Source: Ramlibacter sp.
Lineage (GTDB): Bacteria > Pseudomonadota > Gammaproteobacteria > Burkholderiales > Burkholderiaceae_C
Length of the DNA: 64,000 bases
NCBI GenBank assembly: GCA_046595775.1
Contig: JBKJOM010000132.1
Coordinates: 1,648 to 65,647 of the forward strand
Direction: 5' to 3'
Position 1 is the first letter of the stretch, and every line of letters starts with the position of its first letter. Positions 11,001-20,524 of the stretch are shown one piece after another. The position numbers and the translations under genes are program-made. The notes under the pieces were generated by a model. The model had not been told where the DNA came from. It worked only from the letters and a program-made list of their open reading frames with translations, and ran no database searches.

Positions 11001-11496
11001 CAAGGAGGGCAAGGAGCCCGACTTGCTCGCGCCGCTGTCCGTCACTACCGACATCAACCTGCACGCACCGGCGCTGCTGCCCAACGACTACTGCGGCGAC
11101 GTTCACCTGCGCCTGTCGTTCTACAAGCGGCTGGCCACCGCGAAGACCAGCGACCACATCGACGCGCTGCTGGAAGAAATCGTCGACCGCTTCGGCAAGC
11201 TGCCGCCGCAGGCGCAGACCCTGATCGACGTTCACCGCCTGCGGGTTCTGGCGCGACCCTACGGCGTCGTGAAAGTCGACGCAGCGCCGGGCGTGATCAA
11301 CATCACCTTCAAGGCGAAGGCGGAAGTCGACCCGATGCGGATCATCGAACTCGTGCAAAAAAACAAGCACATCAAGCTGGCCGGCAACGAGAAGTTGCGT
11401 ATTGAACGGGCCCTGCCCGACGTGAAGGATCGCGCCCAGATGGTTCGGGACATCCTGCGCTCGCTCGGACAGCCTAAAGTTAGTGAAGCCGCTTAA
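8053..11496 (+). CDS. mfd: Transcription-repair coupling factor
   Basis: WETLPYD, CarD-like domain, CGDVGFGKTEV, DEEHRFG, QLRGRVGR, C-terminal TRCF domain. Confidence 0.97.
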   Translation: MQLPKLSSGKRHTLPRPPGSADALLVAQLARRERAEGRLTAIITSDASDAQRLMEEMAFFEPGLRCTLFPDWETLPYDSFSPHQDLISERLATLWRISQGDADVIVVPATTALYRLAPPAFLAGYTFHFAVKQKLQESRLKAQLTLAGYNHVTQVVSPGEYAVRGGLIDLYPMGSQVPYRVDLFDDEIDSIRTFDPDSQRSLYPVPEVRLLPGREFPMDDEARARFRSRWRELLEGDPTKSRIYKDIGNGVATAGIEYYLPLFFEETATVFDYVGASATLVLHGDIEPAFLRFWQDTRDRYRLVQGDRERPALPPETLFLTAEQFYARANEHAQLAVKAAGDGDAFPEFQALPAMAVVRGAEEPLAGLKAHLRNTQHRALVLAESDGRRESLLDFLRASHLSPPSFDSLAEFQASDEKIGIATAPLNVGFAWIDESIDLVTETELFAAGLTTRRRKKQEQVSDVEALIKDLSELNVGDPVVHTQHGIGRYKGLVNMDLGQGSTEFLHLEYADKATLYVPVSGLHQISRYTGVSADEAPLHKLGSGQWEKARRKAAEQVRDTAAELLNIYARRAAREGHAFRYSPQDYETFANDFGFEETADQNAAIHAVIQDMVSPRPMDRLVCGDVGFGKTEVALRAAFVAITGGKQVAFLAPTTLLAEQHYQTLVDRFSKWPVKVAEVSRFRSTKEVNATLKGLADGSVDIVVGTHKLLSESTKFKDLGLLIIDEEHRFGVRHKEAMKAMRAEVDVLTLTATPIPRTLGMALEGLRDLSVIATAPQRRLAIKTFVRNEGNGVVREAVLRELKRGGQVYFLHNEVETIQNRRERLETLLPEARIAVAHGQMPERELERVMRDFVAQRYNLLLCSTIIETGIDVPTANTIVISRADKFGLAQLHQLRGRVGRSHHQAYAYLMVPDTESLTKQAAQRLDAIQQMEELGSGFYLAMHDLEIRGAGEVLGENQSGNMLEIGFQLYNEMLSEAVRSLKEGKEPDLLAPLSVTTDINLHAPALLPNDYCGDVHLRLSFYKRLATAKTSDHIDALLEEIVDRFGKLPPQAQTLIDVHRLRVLARPYGVVKVDAAPGVINITFKAKAEVDPMRIIELVQKNKHIKLAGNEKLRIERALPDVKDRAQMVRDILRSLGQPKVSEAA

Positions 11497-11497
11497 T

Positions 11498-11624
11498 TCG
11501 GACTCCTGTACGCAGAAGTCGCAGAAGGAAGGCACGCAGAAGACGCAAAAAATGCGGAAGATTTGCTGGAGGTCCTTCTGCGACTTCTGCGTAACTTTTG
11601 CGCCTTCTGCGCACAGGAGTCCGA
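11498..11624. repeat. REP-like palindromic intergenic element, copy 2
   Basis: TCGGACTCCTGTACGCAGAAGTCGCAGAAG ... CTTCTGCGCACAGGAGTCCGA, long terminal inverted repeats. Confidence 0.8.
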
Positions 11625-11650
11625 TTTCAGCAGCGATGAGAAAATACCCC

Positions 11651-12367
11651 ATGCAAGAAATATCCACCGGCCTCGTCATTCGCGGCTTCACGCCGCCGCT
11701 GAAGCTCTCGGACTTCAAGCTCATCGCGTTCGACATGGACTCGACCTTGATCAACATCGAGTGCGTCGATGAGATTGCCGATGCAGCGGGCCGCAAGGAA
11801 GAAGTGGCGGCCATTACCGAAGCGGCCATGCGCGGCGAGATTGCCGACTACAAGGACAGCCTGCGCCGGCGCGTGAAGCTGCTGCGCGGCGTGACCGTCG
11901 CCGACATGGAGCGCGTGTATGTCGAGCGCCTGCAGTTGAACCCCGGCGCGGCGGAGCTGGTCGCCGCGTGCAAGGCGGCAGGCCTGAAGACCTTGTTGGT
12001 CTCCGGCGGCTTCACCTTCTTCACCGACCGTATCCGCGACATGCTCGGCATCGACTTCACGCGCTCCAACGTGCTGGAGATCGAGTCCGGTCCCAACTGC
12101 GGTCAGCTCACGGGCCGCATGGTGGACCAGCCCTGGGGCGACATCTGCGACGGCGCGGAGAAACGCAAGATGTTGCTCGAGACCTGCGCGCAACTGCGCA
12201 TCTCGCCCCAGCAGGCCATCGCGATGGGCGACGGCGCCAACGACCTGCCGATGATGGGCGAGGCGGGCCTCTCGGTCGCTTATCACGCCAAACCCGCCGT
12301 GCGCGAACAGGCGATGGTGCAAGTCAACTCCGGCGGGCTGGACAGGCTGCTGCAAGTGGTGAGGTAG
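11651..12367 (+). CDS. serB: Phosphoserine phosphatase (HAD)
   Basis: FDMDSTLI, VSGGF, GDGANDLPM, AYHAKP. Confidence 0.93.
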   Translation: MQEISTGLVIRGFTPPLKLSDFKLIAFDMDSTLINIECVDEIADAAGRKEEVAAITEAAMRGEIADYKDSLRRRVKLLRGVTVADMERVYVERLQLNPGAAELVAACKAAGLKTLLVSGGFTFFTDRIRDMLGIDFTRSNVLEIESGPNCGQLTGRMVDQPWGDICDGAEKRKMLLETCAQLRISPQQAIAMGDGANDLPMMGEAGLSVAYHAKPAVREQAMVQVNSGGLDRLLQVVR

Positions 12368-12374
12368 CCGAACA

Positions 12375-12499
12375 CGGACTGCCGGGCGCAGAGGACTCGA
12401 AGATCACGCAAAGGACGCAAAAGGAATCCAAAAGAAATTTCTTTTGATTCCTTCTGCGACTTCTGCGTAGTTTCTGCGACTTCCGCGTACGGGAGTCCG
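12375..12499. repeat. REP-like palindromic intergenic element, copy 3
   Basis: CGGACTGCCGGGCGCAGAGG...AAGGAATCCAAAAGAAATTTCTTTTGATTCCTT...GCGTACGGGAGTCCG. Confidence 0.8.
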
Positions 12500-12516
12500 C
12501 TCCCGCCTTTCGGCTT

Positions 12517-15243
12517 TCACGAAGGCAGGCTGACGCGGAAGGTCGTGCCTTCGCCGACCTTGCTGGCGACTTCGATCACGCCGCCGTGCATCTCCACCGC
12601 GTTCTTCACGATCGCGAGGCCGAGCCCAGTGCCCTGGATGGCGCCCACGTTGCTGGCGCGATGGAAGGTTTCGAACAGGTGGGAGATCTCTTCGGAGGGA
12701 ATCCCGATGCCCTGGTCCGAGACTTCGAACAGGGTCCTGGCATCTTGCTTTCGCACCTTGAAGCGCACCTGTCCCCCGCTTGGCGAATACTTCAGTGCGT
12801 TCGACAGCAGGTTGCTGAAGATGTGCCGCAGCAGTTTCTCGTCGTATCTGCCATCGCCGACGCCCTCTTCGATCTCAAGAGCGACTTCGCTGCGGTCGTG
12901 GGGCTGCTGCGCCCGCGCTTCGTCGACGAACTGCTTGCACAACGGCGCCAGTGCCATGCTCTGCGGCACGAATTCCAGCATGCCGGCATCGGCCTGGCCC
13001 AGCAGCAGCACGCGATCCATCATGCGTGACATGCGCTGAACGCCGGCGGCGATGCTGTCCAGCACCTCGATCCGCTCGGACGGGGGCAACCTGTCGCCGT
13101 AGTGGCGCAGCAACTCCTCGGCCGAAAGGATTGCAGCCAGCGGCGTGCGGAACTCGTGGCTGGTCATTGCGACGAAGCGGCTGCGCAACTCGTTCAGCGC
13201 CTTCTGCTGCTCCAGTGCCTCGCGGATTTCGGCCTCGGACTTCTTGCGCTCGGTGATCTCCAGGAAGGTCCAGATCACGCCCGATTCGGGATCGTTCGGG
13301 CGGATGCAGCTGCCGCCCATTTCGACCCAGAACAGCTCGCCGCTGCGGCGTCTGAGCTCCCGCTCGCATCTGTAGGAGCCCGTGGCGATCAGCGCTCTGC
13401 GCGCCTCTTCGCCGAATGTCGCCCATGCCTGTTCGTCCTTGTGGATATACAGGGAGGTCTGGCCGATCAACACCTGGCGGGGGTAGCCCAGCATCTGCGC
13501 GAACTTTTCGTTCACCCATTCATGCGTGCGGTTGACCGACAGCACGATGCCCACCAGCGCGCTGTTGAGGATGGCCTCGCGCTCGGAGCTGGACTTTTGC
13601 AGTCGCTCCTCGAGTTCTTTGCGCTCGGTGATGTTCATGATCACCCAGACCGTGCCCTGGGTCAGGTCGTCCCTGTTCACCGCCTTGCCCGACAGCAGCA
13701 CCCAGATCGGGACGCCGTCGTGGCGCCTCATCTGCATCTCGGTTTCGTACACCGCGCCCCGTGCAACGGCCGCGGCCACGTCGCCGCCGACTCGCAGGTA
13801 CTGCTCGCGAGACATGTAGAAGGGCTCCATCGACAGGCCGAGCCTCGCCTGCGAGCCGAAGATATCGAGCATGGCCTTGTTCGCCCAGCGAAAGCGCCCT
13901 TCGGGCGTGAGGAAGGCGATTCCCACGATCGAGCTTTGCAGGATGATCTCGCGCTCGTCGAGCACGCGGCGCAGGCGGTCCTGGGATTCCTTCAGCGCTT
14001 CCACCATCGCATGTTCGGCCGCGATCCGGGCCTGCGCCTGCTCCTTGAAGCGCCGCGCGACGTTGATCCGGTCACCCAGCGCGAAGGACAGCAGCACCAT
14101 CTCCAGCGCCGAGCCGATCAGCAGCGCATTTGCGGTGAACGGGTTCGAAGGCAGCACGCCGGTGTTGTGCAGGGACAGCGTCCCGACGCCGATCAGCAGC
14201 AGCGCCCACGCGGTGCAGAAGTATTTCGCCCCCGCAAACTCGCGGCGGATGCTGATCACACCCACCGCCACCATCGTCACAACGCTGACCACCGCCAGCA
14301 GCGTGACCATGTACGACGATACGGTGTAGGGCAGCGTCACGGCGGCGACGATCGCCAATGCCCAGCCTGCCATCTGCAGCAGCAGGAAGCGGTCGATGCC
14401 CGGCATCCGCTGCGGGCTGGCCAGGAAGGTGCGCGCGAACTGCAGGCCAAAGAGCGCGGCGGCTGCCAGCCCCACCGGTGGCGACACGCCGTTCCACCAG
14501 GTCCAATCCGGCCACAGGAATTGCGCGCCCAACCCGGTGAGCGCCGCCTGCCCGAGGCCCATGGCGCCCACGAATGCGACGTAGGCAAGGTACGCGATGT
14601 CGCGCACCGAAACGTAGAGCAGCAGGTTGTAGAGGAATAGCCCGATCAACAGGCCGAAGTACAGGCTGAGCGCGGAGTAGTTGGCCTGGTCGTGCTGCCA
14701 CAGCGCGGCAGGTTGCCACAATGTGACGGGCGCTGAGACCGTTCCCTCGGAGGCGATGCGCAGGTAAATCAGGTTGTCCTGGCCCGGCTCCAGGCGCACG
14801 GGCAGCACATGATTGCGGTGCGCCACCGGTCTGCTGGAGAACGAATACGCATCGCCACCAACCTGCTTGAGGAAGCCGGCGCTTGCGCCGGGCGAGTACA
14901 GCTCCAGCGTGTCCAGCGGCGGGTAGGCCAGCTCGATCATCCAGTCGCGCGGCGCCGATGACTTCACATTCAGCTTCACGCGCAGCCAGATCGCTGAATG
15001 CGTGAGGCCGAAGTTGGCGCCCGGCCCTGCTTGCTGCAAAGGCTTGAATCGCGCCTGAACGCCCGGCTGGAGCACGTCTTCCAGCGTCAACTTGCCCTCG
15101 CGGTCTTCGAGGAAAGTGAATGCCCTGGACAGCGGATAGCTCTCGGCACCTGCGACGTCGACTTCGCCGGGCGCGGAATGCGACACGCCGGCAGCAAGCA
15201 GCCACAGGACCGCCAGCATGCGACGCATCATGGGCAGTGTCAC
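12517..15243 (-). CDS. 7TMR-DISM / 2xPAS sensor histidine kinase
   Basis: Signal peptide, DISMED2-like NFGLTHSAIWLR, 7 TM helices, two PAS, SHEFRTPL H-box, NLLSNALKYS, GTGLGL. Confidence 0.88.
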   Translation of the reverse strand: MTLPMMRRMLAVLWLLAAGVSHSAPGEVDVAGAESYPLSRAFTFLEDREGKLTLEDVLQPGVQARFKPLQQAGPGANFGLTHSAIWLRVKLNVKSSAPRDWMIELAYPPLDTLELYSPGASAGFLKQVGGDAYSFSSRPVAHRNHVLPVRLEPGQDNLIYLRIASEGTVSAPVTLWQPAALWQHDQANYSALSLYFGLLIGLFLYNLLLYVSVRDIAYLAYVAFVGAMGLGQAALTGLGAQFLWPDWTWWNGVSPPVGLAAAALFGLQFARTFLASPQRMPGIDRFLLLQMAGWALAIVAAVTLPYTVSSYMVTLLAVVSVVTMVAVGVISIRREFAGAKYFCTAWALLLIGVGTLSLHNTGVLPSNPFTANALLIGSALEMVLLSFALGDRINVARRFKEQAQARIAAEHAMVEALKESQDRLRRVLDEREIILQSSIVGIAFLTPEGRFRWANKAMLDIFGSQARLGLSMEPFYMSREQYLRVGGDVAAAVARGAVYETEMQMRRHDGVPIWVLLSGKAVNRDDLTQGTVWVIMNITERKELEERLQKSSSEREAILNSALVGIVLSVNRTHEWVNEKFAQMLGYPRQVLIGQTSLYIHKDEQAWATFGEEARRALIATGSYRCERELRRRSGELFWVEMGGSCIRPNDPESGVIWTFLEITERKKSEAEIREALEQQKALNELRSRFVAMTSHEFRTPLAAILSAEELLRHYGDRLPPSERIEVLDSIAAGVQRMSRMMDRVLLLGQADAGMLEFVPQSMALAPLCKQFVDEARAQQPHDRSEVALEIEEGVGDGRYDEKLLRHIFSNLLSNALKYSPSGGQVRFKVRKQDARTLFEVSDQGIGIPSEEISHLFETFHRASNVGAIQGTGLGLAIVKNAVEMHGGVIEVASKVGEGTTFRVSLPS

Positions 15244-16805
15244 AGCCGCTCCAGCTTCGGTCGTCCCGCGGCCACGGCGAAGCTCGCAAGCGTGCTCACG
15301 CCGGTATCGCGCAGCGTCACGTCGTCGACCACGCGCAAGCGCGTCGTCAGTCCCTTCGCATCGAAATCGACGACGCCATAGCCCTTGCCCTGCGAGTCCG
15401 CGAACACGAAGTGCGGGTTCTCGGCCACGATCCCTGCGATCCTGGCATTGCCATCGGACCGCGATGTGACGCTGGTACCGCAGAACTCAACGCCGAGGGT
15501 GGCGCTTTCGGGGCGCGAGTAATCGGCCTTCACGTGGCCGACCCAGTTCTCGTGTACATCCCCGCCCAGCAACACGGCGTTGGCCACCTGGTGCCGCTGC
15601 AGCGAATCCGAAAAGCGCTTGCGCGCCGCACTGTAGCCGTCCCAGCCGTCGTTCCACAGCACCTGGCCGGGGCCAGGCTTGAAGTCACGCTGGCCGAAGA
15701 GGGTCTGTTGCCCCACGACGGTCCAGGTCGACTGCTGTTCACCCAGCGCCGCATCGAGCCATCTCTCTTGCATGGGGCCGAGCAGCGTTCGCGCGGGATC
15801 GTCCCAGGCGGCGCAGCTGGCCGGGTCCACTTCGCTGGAGCCTGCCCTACCCCCGCGGGTGCAGACTTGCGCGTCGCGATATTGCCGGTCGTCCAGCAGG
15901 ATGAAATTGGCGAGGCGGCCGAAACGCACCTGCGAATACAGGCGTATCTCCGCGCCCGAAGCCAGCCCCCCGATCGCACGAGTGAGCGAGGACGCCCGCA
16001 GCGGCATGTGCTCGTAAAAGGCCTGGTAAGCCGCCGCACGCCGCGCCGCGAAGTCCGCGACCCGCGGGCCGTTCTCGCCCACGGTCAACCCCGCGTAGTC
16101 GTTCTGCACTTCGTGGTCGTCCCAGGTGACGAGCCAGGGGCAAGCGGCATGCATGGCCTGCAGTTCGGGCTCTGCCTTGTACAGCGCATAGCGGCGCCGG
16201 TAATCGTCCAGGCCCAGCAACCACCTGCTGCCCGTCAGGCGCACTGGATTGGCCGCGCCGGGATATTCGTAGATGTAGTCGCCCAGGAACAGCACTGCAT
16301 CAACGTTGTCCTCGCGCATGTGGCGCCATGCGCTGAAGTAGCCGTGCTCCCAGCGCTGGCAGGACGCATAGGCGAGCCGCAGCTTCTGCGCTTGCGCATC
16401 CGGGGCGGGGAAGGTGCGGGTGCGACCGACGGCGCTCACCGCGTCGCCCGCCATGAAGCGATAGAAGTACCAGCGGTCGGCATCCAGCCCTTGCACCTCG
16501 GCGTGGACGGAGTGGGCCAGCTCCGGCACGGCCTGGTGCTGGCCACCCTGGGCGATGCGCGTGAACTGTTCGTCGTGGGCCACTTCCCAGCGCACGGTGA
16601 CGGGCTGCGAAGGCAGTTCAACCAAAAGCCGTGTCCACAACACGACGGAATCGTGCCGCGGCGAGCCGCTCGCCACGCCAAGCGCAAAGGGGTTCGATGT
16701 GAACTTCGGCTGGGACCATGCGCTACGCGGCAACCACGACGTGGCCGCGCCGGCGACTGCCAGCCCGAGCAGCCGGCGACGATGTTCGTTCACATGGATG
16801 AGCAT
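15240..16805 (-). CDS. phoD: PhoD-family alkaline phosphatase, Tat-exported
   Basis: RRRLL Tat motif, FALGVASG, LGDYIYE, TWDDHEVQND, DGWDGY, GDVH. Confidence 0.9.
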   Translation of the reverse strand: MLIHVNEHRRRLLGLAVAGAATSWLPRSAWSQPKFTSNPFALGVASGSPRHDSVVLWTRLLVELPSQPVTVRWEVAHDEQFTRIAQGGQHQAVPELAHSVHAEVQGLDADRWYFYRFMAGDAVSAVGRTRTFPAPDAQAQKLRLAYASCQRWEHGYFSAWRHMREDNVDAVLFLGDYIYEYPGAANPVRLTGSRWLLGLDDYRRRYALYKAEPELQAMHAACPWLVTWDDHEVQNDYAGLTVGENGPRVADFAARRAAAYQAFYEHMPLRASSLTRAIGGLASGAEIRLYSQVRFGRLANFILLDDRQYRDAQVCTRGGRAGSSEVDPASCAAWDDPARTLLGPMQERWLDAALGEQQSTWTVVGQQTLFGQRDFKPGPGQVLWNDGWDGYSAARKRFSDSLQRHQVANAVLLGGDVHENWVGHVKADYSRPESATLGVEFCGTSVTSRSDGNARIAGIVAENPHFVFADSQGKGYGVVDFDAKGLTTRLRVVDDVTLRDTGVSTLASFAVAAGRPKLERL

Positions 16806-16815
16806 CTGCGGGCCA

Positions 16816-17760
16816 CTATAGCAACTGGGCGGTTTCGGCCTCGGCCCGCAGCCAGCGCTCGAAGTCCAGGGCATCCGCATTGCGCCGCCCGCGTGTGCCG
16901 AGGATGACGTAGTACCCGCGCTGCGAAGCCGCCCCACCGCCGAACGGCGCGACCAGGCGCTTGTCCTTCATCAGTTGCGCGAGCAACGGCATTCGGCCAA
17001 TTGCGACGCCCTGCCCCGCCACAGCGGCGGCGATCGCGTCGGCATATTGTGTGAAGCGCACCGTGTTCTTCATGCGCAGTTCGCCCAGGCCCATGACGCG
17101 GATCCACGGCTCCCAGTCCACGGTCAGGGCCATGCCCTGGGGCATCTCGACTGCCAGCAAGGTGTGATTGACCAGCTGCGCAGGCTTCTTCAGCGGGTTC
17201 TGGCGATTGGTGACAAGGGCGGGCGCACACACCGGTAGCACCACCTCCTCGAACAATGGCGAGCCCTCGCCGTCGCGCGTGAGGCAAAAGCGCACCGCCA
17301 CGTCGACCTGGTGCCTCTCCACATCGAGCAGGTCCATCGTCGCGGAGATCCGGACGTCCACGTCGGGGTGCTGCGCCGTGAATCGCGCCAGGCGGGGGAT
17401 CAGCCACAACGATGCGAAGCCGGGCGTGCAGGTGAGCGACACCTGGCGCATGGTGGCCGACGTACGCACACGCGACGTGGCGTCGCGCAGCCGCTCCAGG
17501 CAATCCACCACCGCGCGTTGCATCACACGCCCCGCCTCGGTCAGCGCCAGCGCGCGATGGCGGCGCACGAAAAGCGGCACGCCCAGCGCAGCCTCGACCT
17601 GCTGGATCTGCCGGCTCACCGCCGATTGCGTGAGGAACAGCTCCTGGCCCGCCAGCGTGAAGCTCAGGTGTCGCGCAGCTGCCTCGAAGCTGCGCAGCAG
17701 GTCCAGCGGCGGCAGGTCGCCGCGCGGGATCGGGGGCGTTTTCGCATTCTCTGAACGCAT
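16816..17760 (-). CDS. LysR-type regulator, GcvA subfamily
   Basis: LPPLDLLRSFEAAARHLSFTLAGQELFLTQSAVSRQI. Confidence 0.92.
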   Translation of the reverse strand: MRSENAKTPPIPRGDLPPLDLLRSFEAAARHLSFTLAGQELFLTQSAVSRQIQQVEAALGVPLFVRRHRALALTEAGRVMQRAVVDCLERLRDATSRVRTSATMRQVSLTCTPGFASLWLIPRLARFTAQHPDVDVRISATMDLLDVERHQVDVAVRFCLTRDGEGSPLFEEVVLPVCAPALVTNRQNPLKKPAQLVNHTLLAVEMPQGMALTVDWEPWIRVMGLGELRMKNTVRFTQYADAIAAAVAGQGVAIGRMPLLAQLMKDKRLVAPFGGGAASQRGYYVILGTRGRRNADALDFERWLRAEAETAQLL

Positions 17761-17812
17761 GCTTGTAATTCCAAACCACCGTTTGAAGCCAATGGACACG
17801 GCCAGTATATTG

Positions 17813-17827
17813 ATTCCACCAGCGAAT
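17813..17827. promoter_or_regulatory. Putative LysR box (T-N11-A)
   Basis: ATTC-N7-GAAT between the LysR gene and the divergent DUF2917 gene. Confidence 0.4.
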
Positions 17828-17844
17828 ACCAAAGGGGATTTTTC

Positions 17845-18144
17845 ATGGCCACCAGCCGCACCACCCGCTTCCAACTGCCCCACCAGGGCATCCATTCCAT
17901 CGCCGATGCCTCGAAAGTGGACTTCAGCTGCATCGAAGGCTGCATCTGGCTCACGCTCGACGACGACCCGCAGGACTACATCCTGGAGGCCGGCTCGCGC
18001 TTTTCCACCGACGAGCCCCGCCGTGCGGTGCTCTACGCCTTGAAGCCTTCGCGCCTCGAGACTGTCGCGCGCCAGAGCAGGAAGCTCACGATGCCGATGT
18101 TCAGCAGGTTCCAGCCCAAGCCGTTGATGAACGCGGCGCGGTAA
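17845..18144 (+). CDS. DUF2917 domain protein
   Basis: CIEGCIWLTLDDDPQDYILEAG; divergent from a GcvA-like LysR; RBS AGGGGA. Confidence 0.8.
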   Translation: MATSRTTRFQLPHQGIHSIADASKVDFSCIEGCIWLTLDDDPQDYILEAGSRFSTDEPRRAVLYALKPSRLETVARQSRKLTMPMFSRFQPKPLMNAAR

Positions 18145-19283
18145 GAGCCGGTCCAGTCGAACACCGCGCCCGAGAGCCAGCCGCCCAGGGCCATGCCGAA
18201 CAGCGTGGCCATCAGCACGGTGCCCACGCGGGCACCGGCTTCGTCGGGCGAGAAGTGCTGGCGCACGATCAGCGCATAGGCGGGCACGATGCCGCCCTGG
18301 AACAAGCCGAACAAGCCGGAGACCAGGTAGAGGGACACCAGGCCGTCGAACGGCAGGAAGAGCAGCAACGCGATGCCTTGCAGGATCGAGCCGAGCAGCA
18401 GCGTGCGCAGCCCGCCGATGCGGTCCGAGATCGCGCCCGACACAAGCCGGCTCACCACGCCCATCCCCAGCATCACTGCCAGCATCTCGGCGCCCCGTGC
18501 GGCGCCGAATCCCAGGTCACCGCAATAGGCGACGATGTGCACTTGCGGCATAGACATCGCCACGCAGCAAGACACGCCTGCCACACACAACAGCCCTTGG
18601 ACCAGTTTCGGGTTCAAGCCCATTGGCCGCTGCGTCCGTGAACCCGCGGCCACGCCAGCGCGAGCCAGGGGCAACGCATCGGGCTGCTGCGGCGGGCGTC
18701 GCCGCAGCACCATCGCAATCGGCAACATCGCCAGCGTGCAGAACACGCCCATCCCTACATAGGTCGCACGCCAGCCCACGCTGTCGATGAAGTACTGCAT
18801 CACCGGCGGCCAGACAGCGCCGGCCGCGTAGTTGCCGCTCATGCAGATCGCCAAGGCAATGCCACGGCGACGGTCGAACCATTTGGATGTGTCGGCCACC
18901 AGGGGTGCGAAGGTGGCCGACGTCCCGAGCAACCCGATCAGCAGGCCCTGCGCGATGCTGAACCACAACAGGCTTGGCGCCAGCCCCGCGCCGACGAAGC
19001 CGATGCCAAGGCCCAGCGCACCAAGCAGCACCGGCGCGATCACGCCGAAGCGATCCGCCAGCCGCCCCATCAACACACCGCCGAGACCAAAGCCGATCAT
19101 CGTCAACGTGTAGGGCAGCGACGCATCGCCGCGCGCCACACCGAACTCCTGCTGGATGCGCGGCAGCACCACGGTGACCGAATACATGCCGGAGCCGCCG
19201 ATAGTCATCAGGGCGAGCGAAGCGGCGAGGCGCCGCCATGCGTAGCTCGATTCGATTTCATTGACGGCGGCAATACTGCTCAT
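18033..19283 (-). CDS. MFS transporter
   Basis: About 12 TM helices; GRLADRFG and SDRIGGLR loop motifs. Confidence 0.9.
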   Translation of the reverse strand: MSSIAAVNEIESSYAWRRLAASLALMTIGGSGMYSVTVVLPRIQQEFGVARGDASLPYTLTMIGFGLGGVLMGRLADRFGVIAPVLLGALGLGIGFVGAGLAPSLLWFSIAQGLLIGLLGTSATFAPLVADTSKWFDRRRGIALAICMSGNYAAGAVWPPVMQYFIDSVGWRATYVGMGVFCTLAMLPIAMVLRRRPPQQPDALPLARAGVAAGSRTQRPMGLNPKLVQGLLCVAGVSCCVAMSMPQVHIVAYCGDLGFGAARGAEMLAVMLGMGVVSRLVSGAISDRIGGLRTLLLGSILQGIALLLFLPFDGLVSLYLVSGLFGLFQGGIVPAYALIVRQHFSPDEAGARVGTVLMATLFGMALGGWLSGAVFDWTGSYRAAFINGLGWNLLNIGIVSFLLWRATVSRREGFKA

Positions 19284-19399
19284 GCAGGCGCCATTTGACA
19301 CGACTTGCGAGTCCATGCACCGCATAAGTGCTTTCCACAGCGCACGATGGGTGCTGCTGAACTATTGTTCGGGCCACAGGCAGACGAAGGAGACTTTCG

Positions 19400-20524
19400 A
19401 TGAAAAGCAGCCCACTCAAGCTGGCAGCCCTGGCCGCGGCCACCTTCGGCATGACACTCGTCCACGCGGCGCAATTGGTGGTGGGCCAGGTCGGACCCAT
19501 GTCCGGCCTCGAAGCCAATCAGGGCCGCGCCTACGCAGCCGGCATGCAACTGCTTTTCAACAACGTCAACAAGGCTGGTGGCGTCAACGGCAACACGTTC
19601 ACGCTGGCCCGCAAGGACGACGGCGGCCGCGCCGAAGACACCCTTGCCGCCACGCGCAAGATGCTCGTCGAAGAAAAGCCCCTGGTGCTGGCCGGCTACT
19701 TCGGCAATACCAATATCGATGCCCTGCTCAAGGAAGACTTGTTGCAGAAGGAGCGCATCGCACTGGTGGGTTACCGCGCCGCGGAGATCCGCCCCGAAAC
19801 GCCGATGCTGTACAACGTGCGCGCCAACTTGCGCGACGAGATCAACAAGCTCACCGAGCACCTGGCCACCATCGGCATCACGCGCCTGGGGCTGTTCTAC
19901 GAGGAGGGCGCCGGTGCAGCGGCGCTGCTTGGCGCCGCCGAAGCGGCCGCGGCCAAGACGCGGGCCACCATCGTCGCCAAGGCATCCTATCCATTCGGCA
20001 CCGCCCGTGTATCGCCCGCGATCGACATTTTCACCAAGACACCGCCGCAGGCGATCATCATGGTGTCAAGCGGCGCGGCGGCGGCCGGCTTCATCGAGCA
20101 ATACCGCGCGGGCGGCGGCGCGGCGCAGTTGTTCGCGCACTCCGGTGCCGACATCGAGCAACTTTCAAAGCGGCTCTCTGACGAGCAGATGCAGGGCGTC
20201 GCCATCGCTCAGGTCACACCCAGCCCGTACAAGATTTCGAACCGGCTCGCCAAGGAGTTCGCCGACACCGTCGCCAAGTCGGAAAAACTGGAAGTGCCGG
20301 TGAGCTACGCAATGATGGAGGGCTACATCACCGCAAAAGTGATCGTCGAGGCGGCGCGCCGCCAAGGGGCGCGTCCCACGCGCGAGGGCATGGCGGGCGC
20401 GCTCGACGGCATCGACAACTTCGATCTCGGCGGCTACGTCGTGAGTTTCAAGCCCGGGCACCGCACGGGTTCGAAGTTCGTCGAGCTTTCGATCATCAGC
20501 GGCGCCGGCAAGATCCGGCAGTGA
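19400..20524 (+). CDS. Periplasmic binding protein, branched-chain amino acid (LivJ-like) family, orphan
   Basis: Signal peptide, VGQVGPMSG, NKAGGVNG, KDD; RBS AAGGAG. Confidence 0.85.
   Translation: MKSSPLKLAALAAATFGMTLVHAAQLVVGQVGPMSGLEANQGRAYAAGMQLLFNNVNKAGGVNGNTFTLARKDDGGRAEDTLAATRKMLVEEKPLVLAGYFGNTNIDALLKEDLLQKERIALVGYRAAEIRPETPMLYNVRANLRDEINKLTEHLATIGITRLGLFYEEGAGAAALLGAAEAAAAKTRATIVAKASYPFGTARVSPAIDIFTKTPPQAIIMVSSGAAAAGFIEQYRAGGGAAQLFAHSGADIEQLSKRLSDEQMQGVAIAQVTPSPYKISNRLAKEFADTVAKSEKLEVPVSYAMMEGYITAKVIVEAARRQGARPTREGMAGALDGIDNFDLGGYVVSFKPGHRTGSKFVELSIISGAGKIRQ

Noticed and set aside
11483-11650. N-terminal extension of SerB in the ORF track
   Set aside because: It is a translation of the palindromic repeat; ATG 11651 is the plausible start.
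9367-11829. 820-aa minus-strand ORF (similarly 29538-32195 +, 60450-63833 +, 28509-29501 +, 52291-53985 -)
   Set aside because: Antisense shadows of well-supported genes, expected in high-GC DNA; no motifs.
11498-12499. CGCAGAAG repeats as a CRISPR array
   Set aside because: No constant repeat plus unique spacer periodicity and no cas genes.
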